NCBI GenBank assembly: GCA_949300335.1
Contig: CASGDV010000067.1
Location: 44,761-108,760, forward strand
Source of the DNA: an uncultured Bacteroidales bacterium
GTDB taxonomy: Bacteria > Bacteroidota > Bacteroidia > Bacteroidales > UBA932
Reading direction: 5' to 3'
DNA length: 64,000 nt
The translations under genes and the position numbers were made by a program. The notes beneath the pieces are model-generated. The model worked only from the letters and a program-made list of their open reading frames with translations. It was not told the DNA's origin and did no database searches. Each line of letters begins with the position of its first letter. Position 1 is the first letter of the stretch. This document shows positions 59,462 to 64,000 of the stretch, piece by piece.

Positions 59462-59734
59462 TTATCTGAACAGTTCAGAATGAGTGCCCAATCTTACTAA
59501 CTTGATAAGATTTTCTGTCTCGTCAAGCCAAATAAGCAAGGTGTCATTCTCTATATGGCACTCCAGATGACCGCTATATTCCCCAATCAGCATATGTGCT
59601 TTGTAGTGCTTTGGAAGACTTTCCCCTCTTTCCAATATACCCACGACCTCATATAATTTTTCCAATGTTTCGGGCTTATGCCTATATCTCTTCAAATCCT
59701 TCTTGAATTTGCCCGAAGCTACTACAACTTTCAT
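59462..59734 (-). CDS. yafQ: YafQ-family mRNA interferase toxin
   Basis: FKKDLKR, YKAHMLIG, ECHIEND.LLIW, RLGTHSELF. Confidence 0.9.
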   Translation of the reverse strand: MKVVVASGKFKKDLKRYRHKPETLEKLYEVVGILERGESLPKHYKAHMLIGEYSGHLECHIENDTLLIWLDETENLIKLVRLGTHSELFR

Positions 59735-59982
59735 TCAAGAGATTTTAAAAATGATTCAAGACTTGATGTATCCACCTTTGTGAGATTTTTTCCTTCCCTG
59801 GCTTCTTTCATTGCCGCCAATGTTTCCTCATTTGGTTCTCTGTAAACTGCATCCAAAAGGACGCTCTCCACATAGTTATTTAGGCTTCTGTTTTCCTTTC
59901 TTGCCTCTATCTTCAGCCTTTCAAGCAGGTCTTTTCTGAGCCTGAAAGCAGTCTGTTTTCTGTCTAATGCTATTGTATCCAT
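59731..59982 (-). CDS. Ribbon-helix-helix antitoxin
   Basis: RKQTAFRL..LLERLK..ARKENRSLNNYVE, PNEETLAAMKEA; 4-nt overlap with toxin. Confidence 0.82.
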   Translation of the reverse strand: MDTIALDRKQTAFRLRKDLLERLKIEARKENRSLNNYVESVLLDAVYREPNEETLAAMKEAREGKNLTKVDTSSLESFLKSLE

Positions 59983-60139
59983 ATTTCTGCCATATTAAAT
60001 ATCACAAATATATAATATTAGTATAACAAATCAAAATTTGACCTATCTGGAAACAAAAGATGTATCCACTTCTCCTTTATAGATTCATCCAAAGAGAATA
60101 CATCTTCAAATCTATCGGCACATTACATCAAACTCAGAA

Positions 60140-60480
60140 TACCCCAACATAATGACTTCTCCAACTAATGCCACATCAGCAAGGAGATAATGCCTTTTGT
60201 TTTTGCTTGAAATAGTAGTACGTACCAGCCATTCCCGCAGTCTCAAGCAGTTTTCTGCTCAATTTATCATCATTGAAATAAGTTGCATTTCCAGCGGCAA
60301 AGGCTGTCTCTGAAGATCTTGAATTGAAGATTATCGGGCCGGCATCTATGTCCACTCCAACCTGGCAGCTTCTGTCACTGTACTCCTTGAGGCCGGTGGA
60401 AGGAAATTTTTTGAGGACTGTCTTTTAAGCCTCTCATATTGTCCTTTGGCAAATTCTTCATCCTGAAATGTCAGGTTGCA
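60140..60480 (-). pseudogene. Frameshifted C-terminal relic of a hypothetical protein
   Basis: Protein-like segments in shifting minus frames: DEEFAKGQYERLK / GLKEYSDRSCQVGVDIDAGPIIF / TAFAAGNATYFND / KRHYLLADVALVGEVIMLG; bounds approximate. Confidence 0.5.
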
Positions 60481-60822
60481 CATATCTGAATTTCATACCA
60501 TAATGAAGTAATTTATATGTTTCCGAAGTTAATGCAAACCTTATCTTCTCCGACATTGCATCAACAGAAAGATAATTTACCTGACTGTTCGGCTATTTGA
60601 CGGATATCCTTCCTTTTGCCAACCACTTCCATGTACTTCGGCAAAGGAGTCTATTTTTAATAAAAAACTGCCTTTTCTCATGCTCCTCGCCGGGGAGGCA
60701 CTTTCAAGCAGACCGCTGTCGGGCTGACGCCCTTGCCGCCCTTTCACTTCTAGTCATTGAAAACAAGCTTTCTTCCTTGAAATGAAAGACCGCCATAGCC
60801 AGTGGCTACAGCGGTCTGCTTG

Positions 60823-60895
60823 AGCGGAAAACGGGATTCGAACCCGCGACCCTCAGCTTGGGAAGCTGATGCTCTACCAACTGAGCTATTTCCGC
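60823..60895 (-). tRNA. tRNA-Gly (CCC)
   Basis: GCGGAAATAGCTCAGTTGGTAGAGCATCAGCTTCCCAAGCTGAGGGTCGCGGGTTCGAATCCCGTTTTCCGCT; full cloverleaf, CCA not encoded. Confidence 0.96.
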
Positions 60896-61108
60896 AATGG
60901 GATTGCAAATGTACTAATTAATCTCAAAAAGACCAACAGATTGATGAATATTTAACTTTTTTTGTCTTGGACACCATTCGGCGAATTCTGGCTATTTCCT
61001 CCGAAAATGATTTTTATTGTTGAAAATAACGTACATTTGCACGTTTCTCCGGGGCGGGGAAATCAGCATACGTGTTATTCGCCCTATGTCATTTATCCGG
61101 TTTCTGTT

Positions 61109-61437
61109 ATGAACAATATCAAAGGATATGTATTCGGAATAGTTACATCTGTCACTTTCGGTCTCATCCCGTTGTTTACTTTGCCTCTGATGCATAAGGG
61201 GATGAATTATGATTCCATTCTTTTTTACAGATTCCTTTAGATAAACGTGATATCCCTGTCCTGCTTCTCCTCGGTGTATTCTACACGGCCTCAGCAATGT
61301 TCCTTTTGATGGGATACAAATACATGGGAGCCGGAGTAGCCACGGCTATTCATTTTACTTATCCAGTATTTGTCACTCTTTTTATGGCGGCAGCGCTTCT
61401 GACGCTGAGCATAAAGAGTTTTCGTAAAAGACTTTAA
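61109..61437 (+). pseudogene. Broken EamA/DMT transporter 5' part fused to an ABC-2 permease-like C-terminal tail
   Basis: MNNIKGY..TFGLIPLFTLP..SILFYRFL*, then in another frame ..GVATAIHFTYPVFVTLF|MAAALLTLSIKSFRKRL*. Confidence 0.72.
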
Positions 61438-61449
61438 TTTTTTCGGGCT

Positions 61450-62559
61450 ATGTTCAAGTACTTGTTGGAAAAAGAATTCAAGCAGTTTTTCAGGGATCCC
61501 GGACTGCCCAAGATGGCAATCGCATTCCCTGTTCTGATGATGCTTGTATTCCCGTTTGCTGTAAGCATGGAAATCAGGAATATAAATCTTGTTGTCGTGG
61601 ACAGCGACAGATCATCCGATTCAAGGAATCTGATAGAAAAATGTACGGCATCCGGCTACTTCATTCTGAAGGATATCTGCGATGATCCGGAAAAGGCGCA
61701 GTCAATGATGGATGCCGGCAAGGCCGACGCGATACTTACAATCGACGGGACCTTTTCCAGGGAGTTGGGAAAGGGGACCGGTCTTCCGCTGGGTATAAAG
61801 GTAAATACGGTGAACGGTACAAAGGGAAGCATCGGCGCCCAGTATCTGATGGCCTGCATAATGGATTTCGTAGCCGACGGGAGCATGGCGGAAGGCATGC
61901 AGGCAGTTTCTTCCGCGCCTTCAATAAGCGTTTCCGAAAAATATGATTACAATCCGTACATGGATTACAAGGTATTCATGGTCCCGGCCCTTATCGTGAT
62001 AGCGATAACGATGGTTACCGGGTTTTTCCCTGCGCAGAATATCGTAGGAGAGAAGGAAAACGGTACCATAGAGCAGATCAACGTTACTCCGGTAAAGCCT
62101 GCGGCATTCATAATATGCAAGCTCATTCCATACTGGTGTATAGCGTTTTTCATTCTGTCCGCCTGCCTGTTCATTGCCTGGATACTCTTCGGATATACAT
62201 GTTCCGGAAATCTTGCCGTTCTGTATCTTTTCACCACCCTCCAGATTTTCGTCACTTCCGGACTGGGACTTCTTATTTCGAATTATAGCGACAATGCCCA
62301 GCAGGCAATGTTCATCATCTGGTTTTTCATGATGATATTCATGCTTATGAGCGGTATATTCACGCCGATAGCCTCCATGCCGGACTGGGCCAAGGCCATA
62401 ACCTTCCTGAATCCGCTAAGATATTATGCCGATGCAATGAGAGCAGTGTTCCTTAAGGGAAGTACATTTTTCGATGTATGGTACGATGCCGCAGGACTGG
62501 CCGCAATAGGCTGTGCAAATCTCACTCTTGCCGTATTCACTTACAGGAAAGTCAACTGA
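61450..62559 (+). CDS. ABC-2 type transporter permease (YbhR/YbhS-like)
   Basis: KEFKQFFRD, VVDSDRS, EKENGTIEQINVTP, SGIFTPIASMP, NPLRYY. Confidence 0.9.
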   Translation: MFKYLLEKEFKQFFRDPGLPKMAIAFPVLMMLVFPFAVSMEIRNINLVVVDSDRSSDSRNLIEKCTASGYFILKDICDDPEKAQSMMDAGKADAILTIDGTFSRELGKGTGLPLGIKVNTVNGTKGSIGAQYLMACIMDFVADGSMAEGMQAVSSAPSISVSEKYDYNPYMDYKVFMVPALIVIAITMVTGFFPAQNIVGEKENGTIEQINVTPVKPAAFIICKLIPYWCIAFFILSACLFIAWILFGYTCSGNLAVLYLFTTLQIFVTSGLGLLISNYSDNAQQAMFIIWFFMMIFMLMSGIFTPIASMPDWAKAITFLNPLRYYADAMRAVFLKGSTFFDVWYDAAGLAAIGCANLTLAVFTYRKVN

Positions 62560-62628
62560 TTTCTTTCATTTTTGAAAAATAAAATTGTAACTTTATAGGC
62601 ACGAAATTACAAATAGACTTTTCAGAAT

Positions 62629-63099
62629 ATGAAATTACGCAAGGCTGATGTCGGCGATGTCGACGGAATCATGGCCCTGTTGCATCAGGTAGCCGCAATT
62701 CACCATGACGGAAGACCGGATCTTTTCCGGGAAGGTGCTTCCAAATATACTGCAGACGAGTTGGCAGAAATACTTGATGACAGTTCGAGGCCCGTCCTCG
62801 TGGCTGTCGATGACGGTAATAATGTCAGGGGATACGCATTCTGCGTTCTCAAGGAAACTATCGGTGACAACATATTGACGGATATCCGCACTTTGTATCT
62901 GGATGATCTCTGTATAGACGGAAATTTCCGGGGGAAGGGTATCGGTACCATGCTGTTCGAGTCAGTAAAAAATCTGGCCAGGGAGAAAGGATGCTATAAC
63001 GTCACGCTCAATGTATGGAGCTGCAATGGAACAGCTATGGAATTTTACCGCAAGTGCGGTCTGGTTCCGCAGAAGACCATGCTTGAAACCATACTTTGA
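62629..63099 (+). CDS. GNAT family N-acetyltransferase
   Basis: LDDLCID..FRGKGIG, LNVW..N..AMEFYRKCG. Confidence 0.9.
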   Translation: MKLRKADVGDVDGIMALLHQVAAIHHDGRPDLFREGASKYTADELAEILDDSSRPVLVAVDDGNNVRGYAFCVLKETIGDNILTDIRTLYLDDLCIDGNFRGKGIGTMLFESVKNLAREKGCYNVTLNVWSCNGTAMEFYRKCGLVPQKTMLETIL

Positions 63100-63125
63100 T
63101 AATGTGCTGCAAATGATTCCAGTGT

Positions 63126-63896
63126 ATGAAGATAGCATTGTTACAAAGGGATATTGTCTGGGCGGATCCGGATTCGAACAGACAGCGCAATGAAGATGTG
63201 ATTGCAGGATATGGCGGTGCCGATCTCCTGGTATTTCCGGAAATGTTTTCTACCGGTTTCTGTACCGTTCCCGACGGAATTGCGGAAAAGTCGCCTTCCG
63301 GAACGCTTTCCTGGATGAAGGAAAAGGCAGCCGGGTGCGGTTGTGCCGTTGCCGGAAGCATCGCGGTGGAAGAATACGGAAGATTTTACAACAGATTCTA
63401 TTTCGTCCATCCGGATTCGCGGGTTGAATATTATGACAAAAGACATCTTTTTACTTACGGTGGCGAGGACAGGCATTTTACTCCCGGAAACAAAAGGACT
63501 GTTGTAGAACATAGCGGGGTCCGCATTCTTCTGCAGGTATGTTATGATTTGAGATTTCCGGTATGGTCACGTAATTTAGGAGACTATGATATGGCCGTCT
63601 ATGTGGCCAGCTGGCCGGAATCCAGGATAGAGGCATGGAAAAGTCTTCTTCGCGCGAGGGCAATTGAAAACCAGTGTTATGTCGCCGGGGTGAACAGGTG
63701 CGGGGATGACCCCTCCAACCATTATACCGGTGCGACCATGCTTGTCGATCCGTACGGCAATGTGGTGGCCGGATGTCCGGATGGAACGGAGAGCGGGATC
63801 ATTGCTGATGTGGATATGGAACTCCTGCGTGATTTTAGGAGGAAGTTCCCGGTTCTGGATGATGCAGACAAGGGAATAGAAAGAATAATCGGATGA
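63126..63896 (+). CDS. Nitrilase-family amidohydrolase (omega-amidase/YafV-like)
   Basis: Catalytic triad in FPEMF, YDKRHLF, VCYDLRFP; ARAIENQ. Confidence 0.92.
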   Translation: MKIALLQRDIVWADPDSNRQRNEDVIAGYGGADLLVFPEMFSTGFCTVPDGIAEKSPSGTLSWMKEKAAGCGCAVAGSIAVEEYGRFYNRFYFVHPDSRVEYYDKRHLFTYGGEDRHFTPGNKRTVVEHSGVRILLQVCYDLRFPVWSRNLGDYDMAVYVASWPESRIEAWKSLLRARAIENQCYVAGVNRCGDDPSNHYTGATMLVDPYGNVVAGCPDGTESGIIADVDMELLRDFRRKFPVLDDADKGIERIIG

Positions 63897-64000
63897 CGGT
63901 TTTGGAGAATATAATTTCGATATCATGAAACACCCATGACGAATAATCGTCACCCATGATAATGAAAATCTAGGGTGCAGTGCGAGAGTTAGTGGTTTAA

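Larger units (their letters stand above)
59215..60865. mobile_element. Integrase-less ~1.6 kb islet at tRNA-Gly 3' end carrying a TA pair and a gene relic
   Basis: Bounded by tRNA-derived direct repeats; AT-rich interior; no integrase ORF. Confidence 0.7.

Noticed and set aside
61238-61240. Programmed readthrough of the TAG in the EamA gene (pyrrolysine-like, given the methyltransferases)
   Set aside because: The continuation is in a different frame and truncated; no pyl genes, and the methyltransferases have no in-frame stops
1-64000. CRISPR array, rRNA, IS transposase or prophage
   Set aside because: No regularly spaced repeats, rRNA-like sequence, or transposase/integrase/phage proteins recognised

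Overview
Bacteroidales chromosomal segment (TAnnTTTG promoters, SusC/SusD, type V pilins). Left to right: housekeeping genes (GDPD end, Fe-ADH, FKBP, Nudix); an AraR/NrtR-GH43-GH51 arabinose unit with tandem operators; a ~31 kb LacI-associated alpha-mannosidase PUL (SusC/D, 2x GH38, 2x GH92, 2x GxGYxYP, an unclassified CBM6-bearing putative hydrolase, an internally deleted GH30); a higBA cassette flanked by a 48-bp duplication of the lacI 3' end; a six-gene type V pilus cluster; a cobalamin riboswitch-controlled btuGBFCD(H-like) operon; a metallophosphoesterase and a third GxGYxYP protein; a 1.6 kb TA-bearing islet at tRNA-Gly(CCC); a deletion scar (EamA/ABC permease); GNAT and nitrilase genes. 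The most striking feature is a corrinoid (B12)-dependent methyltransferase module embedded in the PUL: two MtaA/UroD-fold Zn methyltransferases, a corrinoid protein, a sugar MFS, a cupin, a CobW GTPase and a stand-alone MetH-activation-like domain. It plausibly forms an anaerobic O-demethylation route for methylated sugars. An AACCGGTT palindrome shared by the PUL promoter and the btu promoter may couple it to B12 uptake. Family calls come from motif recognition by eye; no database searches were run.
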